DNA of 64,000 nucleotides from contig CAVPSB010000014.1 in the NCBI GenBank assembly GCA_963708025.1, positions 352,001-416,000 of the forward strand, in the 5' to 3' direction. The position numbers and the translations under genes were made by a program. The DNA is from an uncultured Candidatus Rokubacteria bacterium. Its GTDB lineage: Bacteria; Methylomirabilota; Methylomirabilia; Rokubacteriales; DASRDR01. Positions 19,254 through 29,149 of this stretch are shown here, piece by piece; the stretch's first letter is position 1, and every line of letters begins with the position of its first letter. The notes beneath the pieces were generated by a model, which made no database searches, was not told the DNA's origin, and saw only the letters and a program-made list of their open reading frames with translations.

Positions 19254-20468
19254 CTACCGGCGGTACATCGCGGCGTCCGAGTAGCCGGGGAGGCGGCCGG
19301 GCTCCCAGACGTGCCGGGCGGCGACGGCCTCGACGAGGTCGGCGCCCCAGCCGGGGCGGGTGGGGAGGAGCACGTGGCCGGCCTCGATCACCGGGGGCGC
19401 GTCGACCAGCTCGTCCTTCCACGGCACGTCGTCCACGTCGATCTCCATGATGCGCACGTTGGGCACGGTGGCGCAGAGGTGGAGCGAGTGGAGCGTGGAG
19501 AGGTGGCTGTAGTAGTTGTGGGGGGCGATGTTCAGCTCGAGGGTCTCGGCCAGGTGGGCGACCTTCCGGGACTCGCCGAAGCCGTTCCAGGGCACGTCGA
19601 CCATCACCACGTCCATCGCCCGGGCGTCGAGGTACGGCCGGTAGCCGCGGAGCCCGTAGAGGTTCTCCCCGGAGCAGATCGGGATGGTGGTGGCGTCCTT
19701 GACCTCGCGGAGCGCGGCCGGGTCGTAGAGATCCAGCTCGATCCACATCGGCTCGAGCGGCTCCAGGGCCTGGCAGATCCGGCGGACCGCCTCGGGCTTG
19801 AAGTTCATGTTGAGGTCGAGCGCGATGCCGACGTGGCGGCCGACCGCGCGGCGGAAGGTGCCGATCAGCGACTCCAGGTGGCGGAGCATCTCGCCGGTCA
19901 CGTTGCCGTCGGTGGTGCCGGGCCCGCCGCCGAAGCCCTCGAAGAAGACGCGGGCCGGGTCGCCCGGGTAGACGATGTTGGTCTTGAGCGCCGTGTAGCC
20001 GCGCCGGACGACCTCCTCGCCGAGACGGAAGACGTCGTCCAGGCTCCGCAGGGGCGGCACCCCGATGAGCGCGGCGTTCCCGGCCCGCGAGGTGCCGCAG
20101 TGGGACCAGTAGACGCGCTGCCGCTCGCGGAGCGGTCCGCCGAACAGCTCGTAGACGGGGACGCCGAGGGCCTTGGCCTTGACGTCCCACAGGGCCAGCT
20201 CGATCCCCGCGATGGCCTTGGCCGCCAGCCCGCCCGGGCTCTGGCGGGCCATCCGGTAGAGGTCCCAGTAGCGCAGCTCGACCGGCCGCGGGTCCTGACC
20301 CACCAGGATCGGCTCGAAGTCGCGCACCGCCCCCACCACGCCGTAGGGGTTGCGGCCGTCGGAGCACTCGCCGTAGCCGGTGAGGCCGGCGTCGGTCCGC
20401 ACCGCGACGAACTGCCAGGGCCGCCAGCCGGCGTCGACGACGAAGGTGTCGACTTTCGTGATCTTCAT
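19254..20468 (-). CDS. Mandelate racemase/muconate lactonizing enzyme family (galactonate dehydratase-like)
   Basis: IELALWDVKAKALGVPVYELFGG, YWSHCG, LDLN, GENL, APHN and PGWG motifs. Confidence 0.9.
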   Translation of the reverse strand: MKITKVDTFVVDAGWRPWQFVAVRTDAGLTGYGECSDGRNPYGVVGAVRDFEPILVGQDPRPVELRYWDLYRMARQSPGGLAAKAIAGIELALWDVKAKALGVPVYELFGGPLRERQRVYWSHCGTSRAGNAALIGVPPLRSLDDVFRLGEEVVRRGYTALKTNIVYPGDPARVFFEGFGGGPGTTDGNVTGEMLRHLESLIGTFRRAVGRHVGIALDLNMNFKPEAVRRICQALEPLEPMWIELDLYDPAALREVKDATTIPICSGENLYGLRGYRPYLDARAMDVVMVDVPWNGFGESRKVAHLAETLELNIAPHNYYSHLSTLHSLHLCATVPNVRIMEIDVDDVPWKDELVDAPPVIEAGHVLLPTRPGWGADLVEAVAARHVWEPGRLPGYSDAAMYRR

Positions 20469-20480
20469 GGATGACCATCA

Positions 20481-20625
20481 GGGGGGGAGTCCCAGCTACC
20501 GGATCGCCGGGACGCGCTCGGCCTGCGGCCGTTCGACGGCCTTCGGCCTTTGGGCGTCCGTCCCGTCCTTCCGGTGGTCCCCCCCTGGACCCCCCCACCT
20601 GGGGGTTCCGGGCACCCGCCCCTCA
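20481..20625. repeat. Intergenic G/C-tract palindromic element carrying the shared 19-mer (20535-20553)
   Basis: Exact GACGGCCTTCGGCCTTTGG inside a different scaffold (GGGGGGGA...TCCCCCCC; ACCCCCC-ACCT-GGGGGT). Confidence 0.6.
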
Positions 20626-20645
20626 GGCACTGGATCACTGCCGCA

Positions 20646-21407
20646 TCACACCCGGTAGACGTACTGCTTGCCGGGCTCGCGCTCGCAGTCGGGCGGGTAG
20701 CTCTTCCGCTTGTCGGCGTAGTAGCGGAGTCGGTGGTCCCCCTCGGAGGCGCGGTTGTACGTCACGTAGAGCACGCGTCGCGGCTCCGCGGTGAGGTTCG
20801 GCCCCGACCGGTGGGGGACGTAGGAGTCGAAGAACGCGACGTCGCCGGGCCGGGCCGGATACGCCACGAACTCCATCCCGCGCGTCTCCTCCTCGCTCAA
20901 GGGCGCCCACTCGCGGCCGACCAGGCCCCGGGAGTGGTGTCCGGCGGCCAGCTCCAGGCAGCCGTTCTCGGCGGTCGTCTCGTCGATCGCGACCAGCGCG
21001 GTGACGAAGAGCCGCGCGTAGACCGACCAGCCGGCCTGCTGGTCCTGGTGCGGCTTGAAGCCGTCGCCGCCGGGCATCTTGAAGTTGATCTTGTCCTTGA
21101 AGAGCACGGCCGGCTCGCCGAGCAGCTCGCCGACGCGGCCGGCGAGCTTGTCCCCGTCGAACATCGTCTTGAAGCCGGCGTGGTATGGATAGAAGTTCTC
21201 GATCCGGCTGATGAGCCGGCGACCGGGCTCGGTGAGGCTCGGCTCGCCGTAGACCATGTAGGTGCCGGGGACCTCGGGCCAACCCTGCACCTCGTCGGTC
21301 CAGGCCCGGAGCGCCGCCACCTCGCTGGCGTCGAACAGGCCGCCGACCACCAGGAAGCCGTCGCGCGCGTACCCGGCCCGCTCCTCGGCCGTGAAGGATC
21401 GAGGCAT
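20646..21407 (-). CDS. phnY: Fe(II)/2-oxoglutarate dioxygenase, PhyH family, PhnY-like
   Basis: RIENF..LFKDKINFKMPGGDGFKPHQD, ENGCL, SYVPHRS, TYNRASEG..DKRKSYPP. From memory this resembles 2-aminoethylphosphonate dioxygenase PhnY; substrate unproven. Confidence 0.75.
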   Translation of the reverse strand: MPRSFTAEERAGYARDGFLVVGGLFDASEVAALRAWTDEVQGWPEVPGTYMVYGEPSLTEPGRRLISRIENFYPYHAGFKTMFDGDKLAGRVGELLGEPAVLFKDKINFKMPGGDGFKPHQDQQAGWSVYARLFVTALVAIDETTAENGCLELAAGHHSRGLVGREWAPLSEEETRGMEFVAYPARPGDVAFFDSYVPHRSGPNLTAEPRRVLYVTYNRASEGDHRLRYYADKRKSYPPDCEREPGKQYVYRV

Positions 21408-21424
21408 GGCGTCGGCTCCTCTCC

Positions 21425-22399
21425 TCACGGCACCAGGACGACCTTGCCGTAGCTCTCCCGCTCGGCGATCGCCTTCATGCCGGCGGCGGCCTCGGGGAGC
21501 GGCCACGTGCGATAGATGACGGGCCGGACCTGCCCCTTTTCGTACATCGCGAACAGGGTGTCCATCCACTGGTCGATGAGCGGCGAGCCGCGGCGCTGGT
21601 AGAGCCCCCAGTGGACGCCGACGATGCTGATGTTCTTGAGCAGGATCCGGTTGGCGGCGATCGACGGGATCCGCCCCGCCGCGAAGCCGATCACGAGGAG
21701 CCGGCCGGCAAAGGCGATGCATTTCGTGGAGGCGTCGAAGACGTCGCCGCCGACGGGGTCGTAGACCACGTCGGCGCCCTCGCCGCCCGTCTCCGCCTTC
21801 ACCCGCTCCACCCAGTCCTCGGTCCGGTAGTCGATCAGCACGTCGGCGCCGGACTGCCGGGCGATGTCCAGCTTGGCCGCGGTGCTGGCGGTGGCGAGGA
21901 CCCGGGCGCCGAGCGCCTTGCCGATCTGGACGGCGGCCAGCCCGACCCCGCCCCCGGCCCCGTGCACCAGCAACGACTCGCCCGGCCGCAGGGCCGCCCG
22001 CTCGACCAGGGCGCAGTAGGAGGTCTGGTAGACGAGCCCGAAGGCCGCCGCCTCCGCGAAGCTCATCGCGTCGGGAATGACGAAGACGTGGCGGGCGGGG
22101 GCGGTGACCCGCTCGGCGTAACCCCCCCAGCCCAGCATGGCCAGGACCCGCTGGCCGGGTCTCACGCGCGTCACGCCGTCGCCCGTCTCCCGCACCACGC
22201 CCGCCACCTCGTGGCCCGGGCTGAACGGGAGCGGCGGCTTGACCTGGTACTTGCCCTGGACCATGAGGATGTCCGGGAAGTTGCACCCGATGGCCCGGGT
22301 CTCGACGAGCACCTCGCCCGGCTGGGGGCGCGGCTCCGGCGCCTCGCCGTAGACGAGCCCGGACGGCTCACACCACTGGTGCGCGATCATCGCCTTCAT
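21425..22399 (-). CDS. NADPH:quinone oxidoreductase (zeta-crystallin/MDR) family
   Basis: NFPDILMVQGKYQ, PFSPGHEVAG, GAGGGVG and YDPVGG motifs. Confidence 0.92.
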   Translation of the reverse strand: MKAMIAHQWCEPSGLVYGEAPEPRPQPGEVLVETRAIGCNFPDILMVQGKYQVKPPLPFSPGHEVAGVVRETGDGVTRVRPGQRVLAMLGWGGYAERVTAPARHVFVIPDAMSFAEAAAFGLVYQTSYCALVERAALRPGESLLVHGAGGGVGLAAVQIGKALGARVLATASTAAKLDIARQSGADVLIDYRTEDWVERVKAETGGEGADVVYDPVGGDVFDASTKCIAFAGRLLVIGFAAGRIPSIAANRILLKNISIVGVHWGLYQRRGSPLIDQWMDTLFAMYEKGQVRPVIYRTWPLPEAAAGMKAIAERESYGKVVLVP

Positions 22400-22517
22400 G
22401 GCTCCCGATGATACCGCAATTCCACCGGCGGGATCGTTCTCGGGTTGACCGGTCCCCGGCCCTGTGCCAGCATGAACTCGAGGCCGCTTGCGCGCTGCGT
22501 ACGCGGACGAGGTCGGG

Positions 22518-23990
22518 ATGGGGTTGCGAGTTCGTCTCCTGCTGCTCCTGGTGGTGCCGATGTGCGTGGCCATCGGCGGCTACGGGTTCGCGCGCCTGTG
22601 GCAGGAGGAGCGCCAGCTCCTGGCGGAGGAGCAGCTCCGGATGGAGGTCATGGCGACCGCCATCCAGGTCGCGGTCGAGAATGCGCTGCGCGACCGCCAG
22701 ATCTCGGACATCCGGCGCCTGCTGGCCGAGATCGTGTTCTTCCAGAACGAGATCGACCGCATCCGCATCTTCGACGCCACGCTCCAGCCCATCCTGGTGT
22801 CCAACCCGCTGGCCATCGGCGACGAGGTGCCGGAGCACGGGCTGCGGGAGGCGATGGCCGAGCGGCGCCCCGTCCAGTTCTTCCAGGAGAAGAACGGCCG
22901 GCGCGTCCTCTCCACGCTGGTGCCCCTGCGAGGCAATCGAGAGACCGTCCGCGGCGCGATGGAGATCCTCCGCTTCGCCGGCCACGTTGACGCGCGGATC
23001 GCCGCCGCCCGGGGGGAGGTCGTGCTCCGCATCGGGATGCTGGCCGGGATCCTGGCTCTCCTGATCTGGGTCGGCGTGCGGCAGACCGTCGTCGTCCCGA
23101 TCCGCGGGCTGATGGCCGGCGTCAACGCCCTCGCCGCTGGCCGGCCGGTCTCCCTGCCCGCCCGCGGTCGCCACGAGTTCGCCCGCCTGGCCCGCGCGTT
23201 CAACGACATGGCAGGCCGCCTCGCCGAGGCGCACCGGCGGCTGGTCACGGAGGCCGAGGCGCGACTGGACCTGGCGCGCCAGGTGCGGCAGGCCGAGCAG
23301 CTCGCGGTGGCCGGGCGGATCGCCTCCGAGATGGCCCACGAGATCGGCACGCCGCTGAACATCATCTCGGGCCGGGCCGAGTACGTGCTGCGGGACCTGC
23401 CGCCGGGTCATCCCGCCGCCACCCACCTCCAGACGATCGTCGCCCAGATCGACCGGATCAGCGGCATCATCGCCTCGCTCCTCGACCTCGTCCGGCCGCG
23501 CAAGGCCGAGGTTCAGGACGTCGAGCTGTCGGCCCTGATCGGAGCGGTCCTCGACCTGCTCCAGCCGACGGCCCGCAAGAAGGGTGTGACGCTGACCACG
23601 GACCTCGCGCGGGAGCCCTCCGTCAGGGCCGATCCGAACCAGCTCCAGCAGGTCGCCATCAACCTGCTGGTGAACGCGCTGGAGGCGACGCCGGCCGGCG
23701 GGCAGGTGGTGGTCAGGGCTCGCCCGGCCCCGGGGGCGGCCGAGCAGCCCGGCGTCGAGCTGGCGGTGGCCGACTCCGGCAGCGGCATCCGGCCCGAGGA
23801 TCTGCCGCGGGTCTTCGATCCGTTCTTCACGACCAAGCCGCCGGGGCAGGGGACGGGGCTCGGGCTCGCCATCTGTCGCGAGATCGTGCTGGAGCACGGC
23901 GGCCACATCGAGGTGGCCAGCGAGCCGGGCGCCGGGACAACCGTGCGCGTCTGGCTGCCGGCCGCCGCGCCGGCGCTTTCCGGGCCCTGA
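22518..23990 (+). CDS. HAMP-domain sensor histidine kinase
   Basis: AHEIGTPL H-box, NLLVNA, DSGSGI, FDPFFTTK and GTGLGL. Confidence 0.93.
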   Translation: MGLRVRLLLLLVVPMCVAIGGYGFARLWQEERQLLAEEQLRMEVMATAIQVAVENALRDRQISDIRRLLAEIVFFQNEIDRIRIFDATLQPILVSNPLAIGDEVPEHGLREAMAERRPVQFFQEKNGRRVLSTLVPLRGNRETVRGAMEILRFAGHVDARIAAARGEVVLRIGMLAGILALLIWVGVRQTVVVPIRGLMAGVNALAAGRPVSLPARGRHEFARLARAFNDMAGRLAEAHRRLVTEAEARLDLARQVRQAEQLAVAGRIASEMAHEIGTPLNIISGRAEYVLRDLPPGHPAATHLQTIVAQIDRISGIIASLLDLVRPRKAEVQDVELSALIGAVLDLLQPTARKKGVTLTTDLAREPSVRADPNQLQQVAINLLVNALEATPAGGQVVVRARPAPGAAEQPGVELAVADSGSGIRPEDLPRVFDPFFTTKPPGQGTGLGLAICREIVLEHGGHIEVASEPGAGTTVRVWLPAAAPALSGP

Positions 23991-24000
23991 GAGGCGATCG

Positions 24001-24363
24001 ATGACCCGTCCCATCGTTCTCGTGGAGGACGACCCGGAGATGCGGGCGATTCTCCGGGACTACCTCGGGGGGGCGGGCTTCCGGGTCCAGGAAGCGGCCG
24101 ACGCCGAGGCGCTGTTCGCCCTCGTCCCGCCGGTGGAGCCGGCCGCGGTCATCCTCGATCACGAGCTGCCGGGCGAGTGGGGTCTGGAGATCCTGCCCGC
24201 GCTCCGCCGGCGCCTTCCCGACATCCCGGTGATCGTGGTCACCGCCTTCGGCGGGCCGCGCCTCCGCGCGACGGCCGAGAAGCTCGGCGCCGCGGCGTAC
24301 CTCGACAAGCCGTTCCGCATGGCGGAGCTGCTGGCCGTCCTCCAGCAGGTGGTCGCCCCATGA
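24001..24363 (+). CDS. Single-domain response regulator
   Basis: VEDD, ILD, VTAF and KPF receiver motifs. Confidence 0.9.
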   Translation: MTRPIVLVEDDPEMRAILRDYLGGAGFRVQEAADAEALFALVPPVEPAAVILDHELPGEWGLEILPALRRRLPDIPVIVVTAFGGPRLRATAEKLGAAAYLDKPFRMAELLAVLQQVVAP

Positions 24364-24532
24364 GCTGGCGCGGGCCGATACCCGTCGCATCCCGTCGTCC
24401 TCGGTCGTCGGCGGGCCTCAACGTATGCGGCATACGCCTCGGCCCGCCTCCTCCCTGCGTCCTAGGGCTGCTCGGGTCTCGGCCCGCTACCATTCCGGCG
24501 TTTTCTGCCATGACCGACCCGATGGGGGCCCC

Positions 24533-24928
24533 ATGACCCTCCCGACCATCCTCATCGTCGACGACGACCTGGAGATGCGGGCCATGCTGAGGGACGTGCT
24601 GGTGAGGTCCGGCTTCCACGTCGAGGAGGCGGCGAGCAGCGACGAGCTGCTGGCGCTCGCCCCGCGGGTGGAGCCGGCGGTGATCATTCTCGACCACGAG
24701 ATGCCGGGGGACTGGGGGCTGGAGGTGCTGCCGACCCTCCGGAAGACCCATCCCGAGGTGGCGGTGGTCTTCACCACGGCGTTCGGCGGCCCGACGATGT
24801 GGGAGACCGCGACACGGGCGGGCGCGGCGGCCTGCCTCTCCAAGCCCTTCCGGGTGGGCGACCTGCTGGCCACGGTCCGCCGCGTGCTGGCTGCCGACTC
24901 GCTCGACTGCGACCTGTCCGCCTCCTGA
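24533..24928 (+). CDS. Single-domain response regulator (paralog of 24001..24363)
   Basis: VDDD, ILDHEMPG, TTAF and KPF. Confidence 0.9.
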   Translation: MTLPTILIVDDDLEMRAMLRDVLVRSGFHVEEAASSDELLALAPRVEPAVIILDHEMPGDWGLEVLPTLRKTHPEVAVVFTTAFGGPTMWETATRAGAAACLSKPFRVGDLLATVRRVLAADSLDCDLSAS

Positions 24929-25043
24929 TTCGCTGGCGTCCCCCTCTGCCGCCACCAAGGATGCCCTCCTGCGGTCAGAGGGGCCGACGAGCGACGTTGA
25001 ACGCCCGGCGAAGCCACCTGGGCGTCCGCCAGCCGGAGCAGCC

Positions 25044-26705
25044 ATGGAGCATGAGGCGACCCTTCTTCGCGACATCGCGCTGGGCATCATTTTCGCCGTA
25101 GCCGCGGCCCACCTGGCTCGGCTCGCGCGGCAGCCGCTGATCCTGGGCTACATCGCCGGCGGCGTGTTGCTGAGCGGCCAGGTCGGCTTCGGGCTGGTGA
25201 CCAGCGCGGCGAGTGTCGAGCTGATCTCGGAGATCGGCCTGATCCTCCTGCTCTTCATCATCGGCCTGGAGATCGACCTGCGGGAGCTCTACCGCATGGG
25301 CCGGTCGCTGGTGGCGCTGGGGGTCGGCCAGTTCGTCGTCAACGCGCTCCTGGGGCTGGCGTTCTTCGCCCAGCTCGGTTACGGGATGGGCGGTGGCCGC
25401 TTCGACCTGCTCTACCTGGCGGTGGTGACCTCGCTCAGCTCGACGCTGATCGTCGTGAAGCTGCTCCGGGACAAGTTCCAGCTCAAGACGGTCTCGGGCC
25501 GGCTGACGCTCGCGGTCCTCGTGTTCCAGGACATCTGGGCGATCCTCTTCATGGCGCTGCAGCCCAACCTGAGGGATCCGGCGGTGCTGACGATCGCGCG
25601 GTCGGCCGGCGCCGGCGTCCTGCTGGTCGCCGTCGCGTTCCTGTGCAGCCGGCACGTCCTGGCCCGGCTCTTCCACGCCGCCGCCCGCCGTCCGGAGCTG
25701 GTGCTGCTCACCTCGGTGGCCTGGTGCTTCGTCGTCAGCGGGACCGCCCAGTACCTCGGGCTCTCGCGCGAGATGGGCGCCCTCATCGCCGGCGTCAGCG
25801 TCTCGGCGTTCCCCTACGGCTCGGACGTCATCCCCAAGATCGCCGGGGTCCGGGACTTCTTCGTCACGCTGTTCTTCGTGGCGCTCGGCATGAAGGTGCC
25901 GCTGCCCACCGGGGCCCTCCTGCTCGAGTCGGGCCTCATCGTGCTCTTCGTCCTCGCCAGTCGATTCATCGCGGTGGTCCCCGCCGTGTCCCTGCTGGGC
26001 GAGGGCCTCGGGGCCGGGATCGTCAGCGCGCTCAACCTCTCCCAGATCAGCGAGTTCTCGCAGGTGATCCTGACCCTCGGCGCCGGCTACGGCCACGTGT
26101 CGGAGCGGCTGGAGTCGGTCGTCCTGACGGCCATGATCCTGGCGTCGCTGGTGTCAACCTACGTCATCCAGTACAACGACCGCATCGCCCGGCTTCTCCT
26201 CCGGCTCCTGCGGGGGCTGGGGCTGCGCGAGCGGCGGGAGGTGGAGGCGGGGGAGACCGTGGAGAAAGGGGTCCGGGACATCGTGCTCCTCGGCCACTAC
26301 CGGATCGCCCAGGCGCTCCTCGACGTCGTGGAGGAGCGGGCGCCGAAGCTCAAGGAGCGGATCACCCTGGTGGACTACAACGCCAACCTGGGACGGCGGG
26401 TGCTGGCGCGGGGATTCCACTGGGCGTACGGCGACCTGGCGCATCCGGACTCGCTGGAGCACGCGGGGATCGAGCACGCGCGGATCATCGTGTGCACGAT
26501 CTCGGACACCTGGCTCAAGGGCATCAGCGCGCGCCGGCTCCTGGCGAACCTCAAGAAGCTGGCGCCCGAGGCGAAGATCGTGATGACGGGCGAGGAGAAG
26601 ACGGACTGGGAGGACCTGACGAAGGCCGGGGCGGACCACGTGCTGGTCCCCGGCGCGATCACGGGCGAGCGGATCTTCCAGCTCCTCTCCGAAGACCTGA
26701 TGTAG
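25044..26705 (+). CDS. Cation:proton antiporter (CPA2/Kef-type) with C-terminal TrkA-N/RCK domain
   Basis: LFIIGLE, LSSTLIVVK, FQD, DFFVTLFFV, SQISEFS and YGD motifs. Confidence 0.9.
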   Translation: MEHEATLLRDIALGIIFAVAAAHLARLARQPLILGYIAGGVLLSGQVGFGLVTSAASVELISEIGLILLLFIIGLEIDLRELYRMGRSLVALGVGQFVVNALLGLAFFAQLGYGMGGGRFDLLYLAVVTSLSSTLIVVKLLRDKFQLKTVSGRLTLAVLVFQDIWAILFMALQPNLRDPAVLTIARSAGAGVLLVAVAFLCSRHVLARLFHAAARRPELVLLTSVAWCFVVSGTAQYLGLSREMGALIAGVSVSAFPYGSDVIPKIAGVRDFFVTLFFVALGMKVPLPTGALLLESGLIVLFVLASRFIAVVPAVSLLGEGLGAGIVSALNLSQISEFSQVILTLGAGYGHVSERLESVVLTAMILASLVSTYVIQYNDRIARLLLRLLRGLGLRERREVEAGETVEKGVRDIVLLGHYRIAQALLDVVEERAPKLKERITLVDYNANLGRRVLARGFHWAYGDLAHPDSLEHAGIEHARIIVCTISDTWLKGISARRLLANLKKLAPEAKIVMTGEEKTDWEDLTKAGADHVLVPGAITGERIFQLLSEDLM

Positions 26706-26757
26706 CGCGGGGGGCCGGCCCGAGCGGCCGGTGGCCGGTCCGACCCCCCCGAAGGAT

Positions 26758-27759
26758 CTACGCGACGTTCGGCGTGATGGCGGTCTTGAGGCCGTGGCCA
26801 GCCGTCGCGTGGGCGAAGGCCTCGGCGATGCGCTCGAGCGGGAATCGGGCGGTGATGAGCCCCGCGGCGCCGAGTCGCGGCAGGAAGGCCAGCGCGCGCC
26901 GGAACGCGGCGCCCCGGCCGTAGGCGCCGAGGAGCGTCAGCTCCCGGAAGTGGAAGTCGAAGAGGTCCGCGGGGAGCCGGCTGCCGGGTGGGTTGACGCC
27001 GACGAGCTGGACGATCCCGCGCGGTCGGGTCAGCGCGATGGCCTGGCCGAGCAGCTCGGGCTTGCCCACCGCCTCGCAGGCCACGTGGACGCCCCGACCG
27101 CCCGTCACCCGCGCCACCACGTCCCGCAGCTCCTCGCGCGTCGGATCGACCACCACCTGGGCGCCCAGCCGTCCGGCCAGCTCGCGCCGCTCGGGCAGGG
27201 GGTCGGAGAGGATCGCGGTGGCGGCGCCCCGCGCCCGGGCCAGCGCGAGGGTGAGGAGGCCCATGATGCCGCCGCCGATGACCAGCACGGTGGCGTCCTT
27301 CGGCATGCGGAACGTCTCGAGGCCCGCCAGGCAGCAGGCCGCCGGCTCGGCGAGGGCGGCGGTGGCGGGATCGAGCCCGTTGGGCAGGAGGTGCGCGTTG
27401 CGCCTCGGGAGGACGACGCGCTCCGCGAAGCCGCCGACCCGCGTGCACCGCGCGCACTGGCTGTCGCGGCCGGCCCGGCACTCGTCGCAGGCGCCGCAGC
27501 CGTAGTTCGGCTCGCACGCCACCACCTGCTGCAACAGGCCGCGGCTCACCCCCTTGCCGACGCCGACCACGACCCCGCTGTACTCGTGGCCCATGACCCG
27601 GGGCGGGGTGACCGGGAACAGCCCCTGGGTGGCGTGGACGTCCGAGCCGCAGATGCCGGCGGTGTGGATGGCGACGAGCACCTCGCCAGGTCCCGGGGAC
27701 GGCTCGGGCGCCTCGTCGAGGGTGAAGCGGGCCTCGCCTCGCCAGGTCGCGACTTTCAT
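26758..27759 (-). CDS. Zinc-dependent alcohol dehydrogenase (Tdh/sorbitol-DH-like)
   Basis: GICGSDVH, GHEYSG, CGACDEC..C, AEP and GGGIMG motifs. Confidence 0.92.
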   Translation of the reverse strand: MKVATWRGEARFTLDEAPEPSPGPGEVLVAIHTAGICGSDVHATQGLFPVTPPRVMGHEYSGVVVGVGKGVSRGLLQQVVACEPNYGCGACDECRAGRDSQCARCTRVGGFAERVVLPRRNAHLLPNGLDPATAALAEPAACCLAGLETFRMPKDATVLVIGGGIMGLLTLALARARGAATAILSDPLPERRELAGRLGAQVVVDPTREELRDVVARVTGGRGVHVACEAVGKPELLGQAIALTRPRGIVQLVGVNPPGSRLPADLFDFHFRELTLLGAYGRGAAFRRALAFLPRLGAAGLITARFPLERIAEAFAHATAGHGLKTAITPNVA

Positions 27760-27780
27760 GACAGCCTCCAGGGTATTACT

Positions 27781-27902
27781 GTTCGGGACCTCCCGGCCAC
27801 CCGATCCTTCGACGGCCTTCGGCCTTTGGCCGACGGCCTTCGGCCTTTGGCCCGTTGGACGGCCTTCGGCCTTTGGCCGGGGGAGGGGGGCGCCGGACGC
27901 CC
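27781..27902. repeat. Family A element, copy 6, with three tandem 19-mers (27811, 27832, 27858)
   Basis: GTTCGGGACCTCCC and GGGGGAGGGGGG.GCCGGA ends, with GACGGCCTTCGGCCTTTGG x3. Confidence 0.85.
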
Positions 27903-29138
27903 TCAGCGGCGTGCCCACATCGGCCCGCCGGCAGTGGTCACCATCCGCGAGGCGACCGGCGCCATGAGGAGCACGGCCAGCCCGGCCCCCGTGGCGGTTG
28001 CCCATTGCGCGCCGGCCAGGCTGGCGAAGACGCCGATCCAGAGGGCCCCGATCGGCTGCGTTCCGATGCAGGCCGAGAGGAGTCCCATCACCCGGCCGCG
28101 CAGCCGCTCGGGGGCGTTGAGCAGGACGATCGTGCTCTGCATGGTGCCGAAGCCCGCCTCGGCCAGGCCGATGGCAAGCTGGAGCCAGAGGGAGAGCAGG
28201 AACCACGGCGAGAGCGCGAAGACCAGGACGAGCGCCGCCGCCGCGAGCGAGCCGATCGCGAACACGGCGCCGTGGTGGCCCGGCCCGCGCCCGCCGGCGA
28301 TCACCAGCGAGCCGAGCAGGGCGCCCAGCCCCTCGCTCGAGACCAGGAGCCCGAGCTGCGCCGGTCCCACGGCGAGGACATCGCGGGCGAAGACCGACAG
28401 GATGTGCTGGTAGGGGAAGACCAGCCCGTTCATCAGCACGGTGATCAGCAGCACCGCCCGGATCGTGGGCTGGGCGCGCACCTCCCGCAGCCCGGCGGCC
28501 AGCCCGGCGGCGACGGACTCGCCGGTGGCGGTGCCCGGGAGCCGGACGCGGCGGGTCAGCCGGATCATCTGGGCGAGCGCGAGGACGTAGAGGAGGACGA
28601 GGACCGCGTAGCAGGCGGCGGTCCCCAGCCGGGCAAGCAGCAGGCCGCCGATAACGGGGCCGAGGACCTTGGTGCCCTGCAGCGAGACGCTGTCGAGCGA
28701 GATGGCGTTGGTCAGGCGGTCGGCGCCGACCAGGGTGTAGACGGCCGTGCGCCGGGACGGGAAGTCGATGGCCCAGGCGATCCCGAGCAGGACCTCCAGG
28801 AGCACGAGGTGGCCGAACCGGCCGACGCCGGTCCCGAACAGGACGAGCAGGACGGCGGTCGCCGCCAGGTTCAAGGTCTGGACCGTGATCATCACCCGGC
28901 CCCGATCGAAGCGATCCGCGAGCAGCCCGGCGACGGGTCCCAGCGCCATCATGGGGGCCGCCCGGCAGAAGGCGGCCAGGCCGACCATGAGCGGCGAGTT
29001 GGTCAGCTCGAGGGCCAGCCACCCGAGGACCAGGAAGTCGAGCCAGCGGGCGGTGTTCACGCAGAGGCCGGCGAGCCAGAGCTGGCGGTAGCGGGGCTCC
29101 TGCAGCGCCGCCAGCACCGCGGGCCGGGCGCCGTTCAC
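27903..29138 (-). CDS. MFS transporter
   Basis: GLLADRFDRGR motif A, about 12 hydrophobic segments, LRGRVMG. Confidence 0.9.
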   Translation of the reverse strand: MNGARPAVLAALQEPRYRQLWLAGLCVNTARWLDFLVLGWLALELTNSPLMVGLAAFCRAAPMMALGPVAGLLADRFDRGRVMITVQTLNLAATAVLLVLFGTGVGRFGHLVLLEVLLGIAWAIDFPSRRTAVYTLVGADRLTNAISLDSVSLQGTKVLGPVIGGLLLARLGTAACYAVLVLLYVLALAQMIRLTRRVRLPGTATGESVAAGLAAGLREVRAQPTIRAVLLITVLMNGLVFPYQHILSVFARDVLAVGPAQLGLLVSSEGLGALLGSLVIAGGRGPGHHGAVFAIGSLAAAALVLVFALSPWFLLSLWLQLAIGLAEAGFGTMQSTIVLLNAPERLRGRVMGLLSACIGTQPIGALWIGVFASLAGAQWATATGAGLAVLLMAPVASRMVTTAGGPMWARR

Positions 29139-29149
29139 GGGGCGGTGGG

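Noticed and set aside
27811-27876. Mini-CRISPR array from three 19-bp repeats
   Set aside because: Spacers are only 2 and 7 nt, there are no cas genes, and the same 19-mer occurs singly inside dispersed repeats.
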